Below, one piece after another: positions 8,646 to 18,623 of a DNA stretch of 64,000 bases (positions are counted from its first letter, which is position 1; every line of letters starts with the position of its first letter). The notes beneath the pieces are model-generated. The model was not told the origin of the DNA. It did no database searches and saw only the letters and a list, made by a program, of their open reading frames with translations. The stretch comes from Patescibacteria group bacterium (lineage in GTDB: Bacteria > Patescibacteriota > Doudnabacteria > UBA920 > O2-02-FULL-48-8): contig DASWFI010000007.1 of NCBI GenBank assembly GCA_036394315.1, positions 3,984 to 67,983 on the forward strand, read 5' to 3'. The translations under genes and the position numbers were made by a program.

Positions 8646-9538
8646 CCATTCACGATCTCATAAATCTTGGGATAAAAAAACTCACAATCAGCGCCTCCAG
8701 AGCTTTAGATGCCGAGGTGCTTTTGTCTTTTGTCTTGAATAAACCCAAGGAATTTTTACTGGCCAACCCGCGCCAAAAAATTGATCCAAAACTGGAAAAA
8801 AAATTCCTCATGCTTATCAATCGCCGCCTTTTAGGGTGGCCAGTAGCATATCTTACGAAAAGCAAAGAATTTTACAAACTAAAGCTTTATGTCGACAAAA
8901 ATGTTTTGATCCCCAGACCTGAGACAGAAGGCTTAGTCGAACTCGCAATGGAAGAGATTAAAGGTTTAAGGTTAAAGTTTAAAGATAAAAAACCTTTGAG
9001 AATTCTCGACGTTGGTACTGGTTCTGGAAACATTATCATCAGCCTGGGAAAACAACTCCGTACTCTGTCCCCTGTACCCCATACTCAGCTATTCGCTTCT
9101 GATATTTCTCCCAAAACTATCGTTGTGGCCAGAAAAAATGCGAAACTTCACAAGGTGAAAATAAAATTTGCGGATGGTCACCTGCTGGAACCCTGGGGCA
9201 AACAGCGCTTCGATGTAATCATTGCCAATCTTCCATATTTAGCCAAGCTCGTGGATCCCTCTACCAAACATGAACCAATCGGGGCCTTAGTTGCGGCCAA
9301 AAAAGGCCTGAAGTTGTACCAGGAGCTTTTTAAACAACTCCGTACTCTGTCCCCCATCCCTTGTACCCTGTTTATAGAAATCGGCAGGGATCAGGGACTT
9401 CCAATCAAAAAGCTGGCAAAGAAACTTCTGCCAGCTTTTAAAACCAAAATTTATAAAGATTTATCCGGTCGCGATCGGTATGCTGTTATTTCTTCTCTTC
9501 CTTTTTCTCTTTTTTCTGATCATCCGTTGGAGCAGTAG
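8642..9538 (+). CDS. prmC: Release factor glutamine N5-methyltransferase (HemK/PrmC)
   Basis: SAM-binding DVGTGSGNI and an NPPY-like IIANLPYL motif; start overlaps the prfA stop by 4 nt. Confidence 0.85.
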   Translation: MTIHDLINLGIKKLTISASRALDAEVLLSFVLNKPKEFLLANPRQKIDPKLEKKFLMLINRRLLGWPVAYLTKSKEFYKLKLYVDKNVLIPRPETEGLVELAMEEIKGLRLKFKDKKPLRILDVGTGSGNIIISLGKQLRTLSPVPHTQLFASDISPKTIVVARKNAKLHKVKIKFADGHLLEPWGKQRFDVIIANLPYLAKLVDPSTKHEPIGALVAAKKGLKLYQELFKQLRTLSPIPCTLFIEIGRDQGLPIKKLAKKLLPAFKTKIYKDLSGRDRYAVISSLPFSLFSDHPLEQ

Positions 9539-10214
9539 TAGCTGTAGCAGTCTCTTCAGGTTTGACCACGCCTTCCACAGCAGCCACATCTTCTTTGATT
9601 TCAGCATTTAGCGCGTTAATTTCTTCTTCTGATCGAGGGGCAGCCACAGTGACCATAACTTCATCAGCTGGAGTCAAAATTACCACCTTGTCGTCATGAG
9701 GAAGACTAGAAACGCGGATCGCATCTTCGAAAGTATTAAGCAGAGAAATATCAATTTCATAGCTTGGCGGGATATCTCCTGGCAAACATTCCACTTCAAC
9801 TTCAGATAAATTTTTAACTAAAGTGCCGCCCAAAGCTTTCACAGCCTGTGATTCTCCGACGAAATGAACCGGCACATGGACCTTTAATTTCTCAGTCATG
9901 TTCACGGCATAAAAATCCACATGGATAGGACGGCCATGAAGGTAATGATGCTGAACTTCGTGAATCAGTACCTGTTGGGTTTTACCGTCTACAACGAGAT
10001 TGATCAGGGTGCTTTCGCCAGCGCTCTTAAATGCCTTGGCAAAATCCCGTTCTGAAATCTCGATCTGCTTATTTTCTACGTTGTGTCCATACAAAACAGC
10101 CGGCAGTTTACCTGCGGTTCGTAAGGATTTGACTCGTTTGCCCAAAACTTCTCGTTTTGTTCCTGTAATTGCAATTTTTTCCATAGCCGACATATAGTAG
10201 CACTTTTCAGCCAA
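9486..10214 (-). CDS. rplY: 50S ribosomal protein L25 / general stress protein Ctc; true start probably the MEKIAITG codon near 10184
   Basis: MEKIAITGTKREVLGKRVKSLRTAGKLPAVLYG, then a Ctc-type C-terminal extension rich in E/K/T/A. A TTGACC-17-TACTAT promoter lies directly upstream. Confidence 0.85.
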   Translation of the reverse strand: MAEKCYYMSAMEKIAITGTKREVLGKRVKSLRTAGKLPAVLYGHNVENKQIEISERDFAKAFKSAGESTLINLVVDGKTQQVLIHEVQHHYLHGRPIHVDFYAVNMTEKLKVHVPVHFVGESQAVKALGGTLVKNLSEVEVECLPGDIPPSYEIDISLLNTFEDAIRVSSLPHDDKVVILTPADEVMVTVAAPRSEEEINALNAEIKEDVAAVEGVVKPEETATATTAPTDDQKKEKKEEKK

Positions 10215-10246
10215 CCGGTCAACTTGCTTGATTTACTTAAGGGTTA

Positions 10247-10302
10247 GTCAGCAGTTACCGCGACACTTGGAAAAATTTAGTCAGAATTTGACGCAAACGA
10301 GG
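10247..10302. repeat. Conserved ~56 nt intergenic element, copy B (upstream of the rplY promoter)
   Basis: See copy A at 6397-6452. Confidence 0.6.
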
Positions 10303-10314
10303 CATAAGGGTAAA

Positions 10315-10350
10315 CAAAAATCGCGCCGTCGATTAGGCGTCGCGATTTTT
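10315..10350. terminator. Bidirectional rho-independent terminator
   Basis: aaaaATCGCGCCGTCGattagGCGTCGCGATttttt: a GC-rich stem flanked by A and T tracts. Confidence 0.65.
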
Positions 10351-10436
10351 GGTACCGAGTGAGCTATAAATTCTGGTAAATTTTCCCGTGTCGCCAGTTT
10401 TTGACGCTACTTTTTTGCTGTCAAAAAAATAGCAAA

Positions 10437-10796
10437 TTATTTCTTAAGTGCTTGTTTAAAGTCTCCGTCAAAGCTTCGCAGAAACTCGTGAGTAGCCAAG
10501 ACTTCGTCAGAAGTAATGGGGCTGCTGTTTTTAAATTTATTCGTATCCTGCGAGGTAAGATCTGTAACCATGCCAATCGAAAAAATTTCCGGACCATCTA
10601 TGGCAATCGAGAACACTACTGAGCTCTTGCATCGCTCGCAATCAGTGTGCACCAGCAAACTCCGACCATTCAGAGGTTTGTCCTCACCGGAATCGATAAT
10701 TTTGGTCTGCTCAGCACTATATTTTTGTCCACAAACAGGACACTTCAGTATATAGGCCAACCATTGAATTATTTTGTTAAAATCAAATTTTGGCAT
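10437..10796 (-). CDS. Hypothetical Cys-rich protein (possible zinc ribbon CPVC...C..C)
   Basis: 119 aa with CPVCGQ...DCERC; no family recognised. Confidence 0.45.
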   Translation of the reverse strand: MPKFDFNKIIQWLAYILKCPVCGQKYSAEQTKIIDSGEDKPLNGRSLLVHTDCERCKSSVVFSIAIDGPEIFSIGMVTDLTSQDTNKFKNSSPITSDEVLATHEFLRSFDGDFKQALKK

Positions 10797-10842
10797 ATTG
10801 TCTGGTTGATTTAATTGTAGAATGTTTATATTTTCACGTCAA

Positions 10843-11946
10843 TCAATTGCCAAACCTCAGGGCTTTCTGACGAGCTACTATGCTCTGTACCAGGCCCAAA
10901 GCCAGCATGGTGGTAATAAGCGAGCTGCCGCCATAACTTAAGAAAGGCAAAGGAATGCCGGTTACGGGGAGTAGTCCGGTGTTCATTCCGATATTAATAA
11001 CCACCTGAACTAAAAACATAAAAAATATTCCCAGGGCCAGGTACATCCCGAAGTTGTCGCGTGCATGCCTGGTAGCTTTGATCAATCTGAAAAAAATTAC
11101 GCCGAACAATCCAATGATAAATGTACTGCCGAATAATCCCAGTTCTTCAGCCGTCGAAGCAAAAATAAAGTCAGTTTGTCTTTCCGGCAAAAACTTAAGC
11201 TGAGATTGCAAGCCTCGGCCCACGCCTCTGCCCGTAATGCTGCCTGAGCCGACTGCTATAATCGATTGCAAGACGTTATATCCGGCTCCTTTCGGATCAT
11301 AGCTGGGATTTATAAAAGTATAAATACGGGTTTTCTGATAGTCTTTAATCACAAAAAACCAGCTAAAGGAAGAAAGCACCAATCCGACCAAAAGCAATCC
11401 AGCCAAATGCTTTTTATTTATTTTCGAAAACAGCAGCATGGCAAACCACGTGAAAAAAATCACCAGCGCTGAACCAAGATCCGGTTCGATCAAAACCAAA
11501 CCGGCCGGGATAGCCACATACAACACGCACAAAATAACATACCGGATATCTTTTAATTTCTCCCCGCTTTGATCGAAAAACTTAGCCATGATAATGACGA
11601 TTACTAATTTCGCAAACTCAGCTGGCTGGATCCGAAAAATTCCCAAATCAATCCAGCGCGAAGAGCCGCGAATTTGTAATCCCACAAACCAGACGAATAC
11701 TAACGCTGCGACAATCACCACATACAGAATCGGGGTTAGGCTTTTTAATTTACGGTAATCAAAAAAAGCCAAAGCAAACATGCAAAAAAACCCGAGAATG
11801 GCGTAGACCAATTGGCGCGTCAGCAAATTCACAGGACTTTCAAGCGTGGTGGAATAAATCATCAGCAAACCTAAAACGAGCAGCAGAAGACTGCTGCCGA
11901 ATATATAAATATCAAAGTAACGAAAGTTATTTAACCAATTGCGCAT
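10843..11946 (-). CDS. SEDS-family peptidoglycan glycosyltransferase (FtsW/RodA)
   Basis: About 10 TM helices and a conserved C-terminal region ...RQTDFIFASTAEELGLFG...LPFLSYGGSS. Confidence 0.85.
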   Translation of the reverse strand: MRNWLNNFRYFDIYIFGSSLLLLVLGLLMIYSTTLESPVNLLTRQLVYAILGFFCMFALAFFDYRKLKSLTPILYVVIVAALVFVWFVGLQIRGSSRWIDLGIFRIQPAEFAKLVIVIIMAKFFDQSGEKLKDIRYVILCVLYVAIPAGLVLIEPDLGSALVIFFTWFAMLLFSKINKKHLAGLLLVGLVLSSFSWFFVIKDYQKTRIYTFINPSYDPKGAGYNVLQSIIAVGSGSITGRGVGRGLQSQLKFLPERQTDFIFASTAEELGLFGSTFIIGLFGVIFFRLIKATRHARDNFGMYLALGIFFMFLVQVVINIGMNTGLLPVTGIPLPFLSYGGSSLITTMLALGLVQSIVARQKALRFGN

Positions 11947-11949
11947 AGA

Positions 11950-12807
11950 TCAGAATGATGATCCTCCCGGGCCTACCTGAAATATATTACGGTCAAAAAT
12001 ATTTACCTCAGGTGCAATTTCCGCTCTTACCGCTCCCGCCACTGCTCTAGGCCAAGTGTATTGAAATGTCCTGGTTTCTCCGGATAATAAATCGTCGATG
12101 TAGGTAAAATTCACGGCCACCAATTCATTTCGGGAATTGAGCACGGCCACGGGCAAATTTACATGCGTTATAGTAAAAGGAGTCGTGTTTTTAATTCCAG
12201 CTGAAACTACCAAACCTGATGAATTATTATTGACGTTCAACCTCTCTATCTCATAGTTGAAATTGCGCTGCGGCCGGTGGGTGAACTTTGTGGCTCCCAA
12301 AGTAAATATCATTTGTTCAGGTTTTTGGGCTGCTTTGAACCGGGAAAACACTACTAGCTTTTCCCCCACCGGCAGGACGAAGGTGGAGCTTGCAACTTTC
12401 GTGATGCTGGTCCCACCCAAAGTTTTGAATTCAGCCGTATAATCCTGAATTGGAACTCCCCAGTCGTATTCGATATTTTTTATTTTTACGTACGCCGAAT
12501 AATTATTATCGCCCAAATCAAAAATTCCTTTGCCTATGATTTCAAGAGGCTGTTTGACCGCAGTCGTGTGAATTATCCTGGGAGCTTGATAATTAAGCAT
12601 GGTCAATTTCACAAAACCCGCCTTGGCTGCGTAATATAACGGAGTAGTCGCAATTATAGTAATCAAAAGCCCGTACCACCATTTTTTATCTACAAGTGAT
12701 AATTTATCGCCTGCTACGAGTACAAACTCCTGCAGTCTTTCATTCTCATCTAAAGCCATGAAATTTGTTCTGATAAGGATTGAAAATCTATATGGAGCTA
12801 GCTCCAT
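11950..12807 (-). CDS. Hypothetical membrane-anchored protein co-operonic with the FtsW/RodA gene
   Basis: 285 aa with one predicted TM near the N-terminus; start overlaps the neighbour. Confidence 0.4.
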   Translation of the reverse strand: MELAPYRFSILIRTNFMALDENERLQEFVLVAGDKLSLVDKKWWYGLLITIIATTPLYYAAKAGFVKLTMLNYQAPRIIHTTAVKQPLEIIGKGIFDLGDNNYSAYVKIKNIEYDWGVPIQDYTAEFKTLGGTSITKVASSTFVLPVGEKLVVFSRFKAAQKPEQMIFTLGATKFTHRPQRNFNYEIERLNVNNNSSGLVVSAGIKNTTPFTITHVNLPVAVLNSRNELVAVNFTYIDDLLSGETRTFQYTWPRAVAGAVRAEIAPEVNIFDRNIFQVGPGGSSF

Positions 12808-12859
12808 ATAGTCATCACGCGCTCACATTGGATCAAGAAAAATTTCTTGATCAGTTCGC

Positions 12860-15800
12860 TTGATCGACTATAAAAATTATACCATAATGAAACCAGTTAT
12901 GGGGAAATTCACACATTTACACGTTCACTCGCATTATTCCCTACTTGACGGCCTTTCCAAAGTCGACGAGCTGGTTAGCCGTGTCAAAGAATTAGGCATG
13001 GAGTCCCTGGCACTGACTGACCATGGGGTAATGTATGGCACAATCCAATTTTATAACGCCTGCTGGGACGCCGGGATCAAACCGATTATCGGAGTGGAGG
13101 CTTACATCGCTCCCCGCGGCCTGCATAATAAAGACGGAAAAGTGGATGCTGATTATCATCACTTAACCCTACTGGCTGCCGATAATCAGGGCTATAAAAA
13201 TTTACTGAAGCTGACTACCATCGCTCATATCGATGGTTTCTACTATAAGCCTAGAATTGACCTGGAAGTTTTAAAACAACTTTCGCAGGGACTAATCTGT
13301 CTGTCAGGTTGCATGCGCGGCGAGCTTTCCCGCGCCGTTGCCCATAAATCCGATTCTGAAGTTCAGGCTGTCCTTGAAAAATATCTGGATATTTTTGGCC
13401 GGGACAATTTTTATATTGAAATCCAGCGCAATGGCAAAGGAATCGGTTCTCCAGAGGAAATTGAAAAAGAATCTCAGACAAAAAAATTAATCGCATTGGC
13501 AAAAAAAGAAAATCTTAAACTGGTCGCGACTGCCGATTGCCATTATATCCATCCCGAGGACGCTGAAGCCCAGGATGTATTGGTATGCATAGGCACTGCT
13601 CGAACCGTAAACGACACCGACCGCCTGGACATGCGAGGTTGGGATTTGTCACTCAAATCAGAAGAACAAATGCTGGAGCGATTCAAAGACATTCCTGAAG
13701 CCGTTTATAATACTGCAGAAATTGCAGGCAAATGCAATCTTAAAATTGAAACTAACCAACGATACTTTCCGAAAGTCGAAGTGCCGGCCGGAAAAACTAC
13801 TGCTGAATATCTGCGCGACTTAACTTACGAACGCGCCCTTCCTTTATACGGCAAAAACGGAGTCATTCCCGAAGAAACTCAAAAGAGAATTGATTACGAA
13901 CTTTCCGTCATTATTAAAACCGGGTTCGATACTTATTTTCTGATGGTCGCCGACGTCGTGGAAGGCGCGCACAAAATCGGGGCGATTACTAATACCAGAG
14001 GCAGTGCGGCTGGATCAATCGTCGGTCGCATCTTAGGTATCACCAACGTTGACCCTCTTTATTATGAATTGCCATTTGAGCGGTTCTTGACCGAATTCCG
14101 CCCCGCTCCCCCTGATATTGATTTGGATATCGCTGACAACCGCCGAGATGAAGCGATCGCGTATATCACCCAACGATACGGACAGGAAAAAGTCGCTCAA
14201 ATCATTACATTCGGAACTATGAAGGCTAGAGCTGCGCTGCGCGATGTCGGTCGCGCCCTGGGAGTCCCTTACAGCAAATGCGATCTGATCGCGAAAATGA
14301 TTCCTTTTGGCAAACAAGGGTTTGACATGAATATAGATAAAGCTATAGAAATCAGCTCTGAACTGAAATCAGTTTACGAAAGAGATCCGGAAACCAAAAA
14401 AATTATTGATATCGCGAAAAAACTGGAAGGCGGCGCCAGACACGCTTCTGTGCATGCGGCGGGTATCGTGATCACGCCCACAGAGTTGACGGACTACATG
14501 CCGCTGCAGCATGAACCTGACGGTGAGCGCGTAATTACTCAGTTTGATATGTACGCACTAGACGTTAACGCCAATAGCAAGGCTATTGGTGTCGTGAAGC
14601 TGGATCTTTTAGGCATTCGCAACTTATCGATTTTGGAAGCTGCGGTAAAAATCGTGCAGAAGCGTCGCGATGTAGAAATCGATATTTACAATCTGCCACA
14701 ACCAGACCGCAAAACATTTAAACTTTTATCCGAAGGTTATACTTTCGGCGTCTTCCAAATGGGATCTTCGGGCATGACTCGCTATCTTATGGATCTGCGA
14801 CCAAACAGCATTTTTGACATCATGGCCATGATCGCCCTGTATCGCCCGGGTCCGATGCAATTCATTCCTGATTACATCAAGCGCAAACACAATCCCCGGC
14901 TCGTAACTTACATGGATCCGGCTTTGGAAAAAATCCTTAAACGAACTTATGGCATTTTGGTTTACCAGGATGATCTTCTGACCATCGCTCACGACTTAGC
15001 GGGATACACGTGGGAAGAAGTCGACAAATTCCGCAAAGCCGTGGGTAAAAAAATTCCGGCTGAAATGGCCAAACAAAAAGAAAAATTCATCAAAGGCTGC
15101 ATGCAGACTTCCGGCTGGAGCAAGGAAAAAGCCAGCGAGATCTGGGCGTGGATCGAGCCTTTCGCCGCTTACGGCTTTAACAAGTCCCATTCCGCTTCAT
15201 ACTGCATCGTCAGCTATCAGACAGCATACATGAAAGCCAACTATACTGTGGAATTTATGGCGGCCCTGATGACCGCTGAAGCCGGAGATATGCCCACTAT
15301 CGCCGAAGCTGTGGAAGAATGCAAAAAAATGAATATCCAGGTCCTGCCTCCCGATGTCAACGAAAGTCTGGCCAACTTTACGGTGGTCGATGAAAATAAT
15401 ATTCGGTTCGGCCTTACTGCCATTAAAAATCTCGGATCCGATGTGGTGGATATTATTATCCAGCAACGAAAAAACGACGGGAAATTTTCTTCAATACATG
15501 ATTTCGTCAAACGCGTCCAAACTAAAAATTTCAACAAAAAATCCTGGGAAGCGCTGGCAAAATCAGGCGCCCTTGATTCTTTGGGTGAACGAAACCAATT
15601 TTTGGCCAATACGGAAGCTGTTCTGGAATTTGCGCGAAACCAAAATAAAACCACTGATCAGGTAAGCTTGTTCAGCACGGAATTGATGCCGCAAACCAAA
15701 CTACAACTCAGAGAAGTCGAGCCGGCCACCAAACGCGAACGGCTGGCTTGGGAAAAAGAATTACTCGGTCTCTATGTCAGTTCTCATCCTCTGGAGGAAT

Positions 15801-16318
15801 ACGCCGAGAAACTTAAAAAAATTACCCAATCTATCAAACCGGTGATCGAAAATAAGATCGGCAATCCGACATTGGGCGGCATTATTACCCGGGTTCAAAA
15901 AATTCTTACTAAAAAAGGCGAACAAATGGCCTTTGTGGATTTGGAAGACACCACCGGCACGATTGAAGTTATAGTCTTCCCTGCCCTGTTCAATAAATAT
16001 AAAGATTTAATCATGGAGGGAAAAATTCTTTTGGTCACAGGCAAACTTTCTGACAAAGATGGCGAGGCGAAATTTCTGGCAGATGAAATCCGGGAATTCG
16101 GTCAATCAACTCTGCCTGCGGAGCCGACTTCCGTTACGATCAAAATCCCAGAAGCGGCCACCGAGGAATTTTTCGGCCAGCTCAAACAGCTTTTCGAATC
16201 CGCTCCCGGGGAGATGAGTGTCAATCTCATGATCAAAGAGCAAAAAGTCCGAACACCTTTTCGAATCAATTTAAATGAAGATTTAAAACTAAAAATAAAA
16301 CAACTCCTTGGCAATTAA
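12860..16318 (+). CDS. dnaE: DNA polymerase III alpha subunit
   Basis: PHP domain HLHVHSHYSLLDG, polymerase core, and a C-terminal OB/tau-binding region; 1152 aa. Confidence 0.95.
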   Translation: MIDYKNYTIMKPVMGKFTHLHVHSHYSLLDGLSKVDELVSRVKELGMESLALTDHGVMYGTIQFYNACWDAGIKPIIGVEAYIAPRGLHNKDGKVDADYHHLTLLAADNQGYKNLLKLTTIAHIDGFYYKPRIDLEVLKQLSQGLICLSGCMRGELSRAVAHKSDSEVQAVLEKYLDIFGRDNFYIEIQRNGKGIGSPEEIEKESQTKKLIALAKKENLKLVATADCHYIHPEDAEAQDVLVCIGTARTVNDTDRLDMRGWDLSLKSEEQMLERFKDIPEAVYNTAEIAGKCNLKIETNQRYFPKVEVPAGKTTAEYLRDLTYERALPLYGKNGVIPEETQKRIDYELSVIIKTGFDTYFLMVADVVEGAHKIGAITNTRGSAAGSIVGRILGITNVDPLYYELPFERFLTEFRPAPPDIDLDIADNRRDEAIAYITQRYGQEKVAQIITFGTMKARAALRDVGRALGVPYSKCDLIAKMIPFGKQGFDMNIDKAIEISSELKSVYERDPETKKIIDIAKKLEGGARHASVHAAGIVITPTELTDYMPLQHEPDGERVITQFDMYALDVNANSKAIGVVKLDLLGIRNLSILEAAVKIVQKRRDVEIDIYNLPQPDRKTFKLLSEGYTFGVFQMGSSGMTRYLMDLRPNSIFDIMAMIALYRPGPMQFIPDYIKRKHNPRLVTYMDPALEKILKRTYGILVYQDDLLTIAHDLAGYTWEEVDKFRKAVGKKIPAEMAKQKEKFIKGCMQTSGWSKEKASEIWAWIEPFAAYGFNKSHSASYCIVSYQTAYMKANYTVEFMAALMTAEAGDMPTIAEAVEECKKMNIQVLPPDVNESLANFTVVDENNIRFGLTAIKNLGSDVVDIIIQQRKNDGKFSSIHDFVKRVQTKNFNKKSWEALAKSGALDSLGERNQFLANTEAVLEFARNQNKTTDQVSLFSTELMPQTKLQLREVEPATKRERLAWEKELLGLYVSSHPLEEYAEKLKKITQSIKPVIENKIGNPTLGGIITRVQKILTKKGEQMAFVDLEDTTGTIEVIVFPALFNKYKDLIMEGKILLVTGKLSDKDGEAKFLADEIREFGQSTLPAEPTSVTIKIPEAATEEFFGQLKQLFESAPGEMSVNLMIKEQKVRTPFRINLNEDLKLKIKQLLGN

Positions 16319-16389
16319 CCGAGGAGGATAATCCAGATGAACGTATACGCTTTTTTGACGGATTTGTCAATAGAGACTATAATTTTGAT

Positions 16390-16632
16390 ATGGCTGAATT
16401 AACTAAAGAATATCTAGATCAAAACCTCCAAAACCTTGCGACCAAGGAAGACCTTAAAAACCTTGCGACCAAGGAAGACCTTAAAGATGCCGGTGAAGAA
16501 TTAGCACGCCTTGTTAACGACGGATTTCAAGCACAACAAGAATTCTTAATTGAAAAACTTGACGTACGAGATCGTATGGCTGAACTTGAAAAAGACATGG
16601 TTCGTATCAAAGAAGCTTTGCATATCAAATAA
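16390..16632 (+). CDS. Small coiled-coil hypothetical protein containing a perfect 27 nt tandem duplication (LATKEDLKN x2)
   Basis: 80 aa heptad-like sequence. Repeat units at 16432-16458 and 16459-16485 are identical. A 22-codon micro-ORF (16337-16402) with a perfect GAGGAGG SD overlaps its start. Confidence 0.4.
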   Translation: MAELTKEYLDQNLQNLATKEDLKNLATKEDLKDAGEELARLVNDGFQAQQEFLIEKLDVRDRMAELEKDMVRIKEALHIK

Positions 16633-16635
16633 TCT

Positions 16636-16762
16636 TTAAGAGTAATAACGCGACTACCAATCGCCGAGCCCTTACGCTAAACTCTTGCGTTAAAGAGTAA
16701 ACGAAGCAAGATTTGGGTGGAACCATCCGCGAGGATCCCAAGCCGTAGTGCTTGGTTTTTTT
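16636..16762 (+). promoter_or_regulatory. Candidate short-stem-I T-box riboswitch leader of thrS (Thr specifier ACC/ACU; T-box UGGA bulge; terminator)
   Basis: Stem AAGAGU...ACUCUU encloses a loop containing ACUACCA. The T-box-like sequence UUUGGGUGGAACC..CGCG matches the consensus GGGUGGNACCGCG. An antiterminator UUGGG/CCCAA competes with the terminator CCCAAGCcguagugCUUGG + U7. The UGGA bulge complements the U73-CCA of the tRNA-Thr in this window. Confidence 0.55.
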
Positions 16763-16777
16763 ATTAACTTAAAAACT

Positions 16778-18589
16778 ATGAAAAACGATTCAGAAAAACT
16801 ACACAATCTCCGCCACTCGCTCGCTCATATATTAGCCAGTGCTGTTTTGGAAATGTTTCCGAAAGCGCAGCTAGGTGTGGGGCCCGTGATTGAAAATGGT
16901 TTCTTTTACGATTTCCTCCTCCCCCGCCCGCTTACTCCTGAAGATCTGGCAAAAATTGAAAAAAGAATGAGGGCTTTAGTAAAAGAAGGATTGCCATTTG
17001 AACGGCAGGAAATGTCGATCCACGAAGCCAAAACGTATTTTAACCACGCGGTTCAACCATTCAAAGTTGAGCTGATCAAAGATATAGAAAAATTTGGGAC
17101 CACGGAGATGGATAAAATTCTTAACACTGATGAATCACTCAAAGACGAACAAAAAGTCAGCAAATCAGAACAACTCACTGTCTCGCTTTATAAAACCGGA
17201 AAATTCACGGATCTTTGTCGCGGGGGACACGTGAAAAATACTTCGGAGATTGATCCGCAAAGCTTTAAGCTGAATAAAATGTCCGGCGCTTACTGGCGCG
17301 GCGATCAGGCCAATCCTCAAATGCAGCGCGTCTACGGTCTGGCTTTTGAGAGTAAAAAAGAGTTGGATGAATATATAAAACTTCAGGAAGAAGCTGAGAA
17401 ACGCGATCACAAAAAACTTGGGCCGAAATTGGGTTTGTTCATGTTCCATCACACTGCCCCAGGCATGCCCTACTGGCTGCCGAAAGGTGTGGCGTTATAC
17501 AATGAGCTGGTGAACTTTTGGCGCACCGAACATAATAAGAGAAACTATCACGAAATTGTCTCCCCGCTTTTGAATAAAAAAGAACTTTATCAGACTTCCG
17601 GCCACTACGAACATTATTGGCAAGATATGTTTGTCGTGCAGACCAAAGACAAGGAAGAATATGGCGTAAAAGCCATGAACTGCCCCAATGCCATGATTGT
17701 TTTTGGTTCGCAATTGCGCAGCTACAAAGATCTGCCCCTGCGTTTGTCTGATACGGATACGCTGCATCGCAACGAAATTTCCGGCGCACTCAATGGATTG
17801 CTGCGGGTACGTGAATTCCGCCAAGACGACGCGCATTGCTTTGTCACAGAAGATCAAATCGGCGAAGAATACGAAGAAATTTTTGAAATCGTGGAAAAAT
17901 TTTATTCGATCTTTGGATTAGAATACTCTTTCCGTTTAGGAACCAGACCCGAAAGTTTTATGGGGGAAATTAAAACTTGGGATAAGGCCGAAAAAACCCT
18001 CAAGGATATTCTCGCCAAAAGCAAAAAGAAATTTACTATCGCGGAAAAAGACGGCGCGTTTTATGGACCCAAGGTGGATATTCTTATGAAAGATATTTTG
18101 GGACGAGAATGGCAGATGGGTACCATCCAGCTTGATTTCCAGCAACCATTGCGGTTCAAACTTGAATACACAGCCCCTGACGGAAGCAAAAAAACACCAG
18201 TAGCCATCCACCGCGTGGTATATGGATCGCTGGAAAGATTTATCGGCATTCTTATCGAACACTACGCCGGCGCGTTTCCGGTTTGGATCTCCCCTGTTCA
18301 GGCTAAGATTCTTCCGATTTCCGAGAAACAAAATAAATATGCCAAGGAAGTTTATGAGGCTCTCAAAGAAAGTGGTATCCGTGTGGAGTTTGACGATCGC
18401 GACGAGTCCGTCGGCAAAAAAATCCGCGAAGCGGAAATGGAAAAAGTACCCTACATGTTGATTGTCGGCGAAAAAGAGCAGAAAGCCAAATCTGTAGCCG
18501 TCCGTGGCCGCAATCAGAAAGACTTGGGAGTTATGAAATTGAATAAATTCGTAAAGCAAATTTCCGAAGAGATCCAAGATCGAGCATAA
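16778..18589 (+). CDS. thrS: Threonyl-tRNA synthetase (start moved to MKNDSEK, downstream of the leader terminator)
   Basis: N2 domain HSLAHILA, class II catalytic core and anticodon-binding domain. The track ORF start at 16748 would lie inside the terminator hairpin. Confidence 0.93.
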   Translation: MKNDSEKLHNLRHSLAHILASAVLEMFPKAQLGVGPVIENGFFYDFLLPRPLTPEDLAKIEKRMRALVKEGLPFERQEMSIHEAKTYFNHAVQPFKVELIKDIEKFGTTEMDKILNTDESLKDEQKVSKSEQLTVSLYKTGKFTDLCRGGHVKNTSEIDPQSFKLNKMSGAYWRGDQANPQMQRVYGLAFESKKELDEYIKLQEEAEKRDHKKLGPKLGLFMFHHTAPGMPYWLPKGVALYNELVNFWRTEHNKRNYHEIVSPLLNKKELYQTSGHYEHYWQDMFVVQTKDKEEYGVKAMNCPNAMIVFGSQLRSYKDLPLRLSDTDTLHRNEISGALNGLLRVREFRQDDAHCFVTEDQIGEEYEEIFEIVEKFYSIFGLEYSFRLGTRPESFMGEIKTWDKAEKTLKDILAKSKKKFTIAEKDGAFYGPKVDILMKDILGREWQMGTIQLDFQQPLRFKLEYTAPDGSKKTPVAIHRVVYGSLERFIGILIEHYAGAFPVWISPVQAKILPISEKQNKYAKEVYEALKESGIRVEFDDRDESVGKKIREAEMEKVPYMLIVGEKEQKAKSVAVRGRNQKDLGVMKLNKFVKQISEEIQDRA

Positions 18590-18623
18590 AAAAAGAACGC
18601 CGGCCGAGTTAGGCAGACGTGAG

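Noticed and set aside
17936-18577. A 213 aa minus-strand ORF inside thrS.
   Set aside because: It is fully antisense to a highly conserved synthetase gene and is Phe/Leu-rich nonsense from AT-rich codons.
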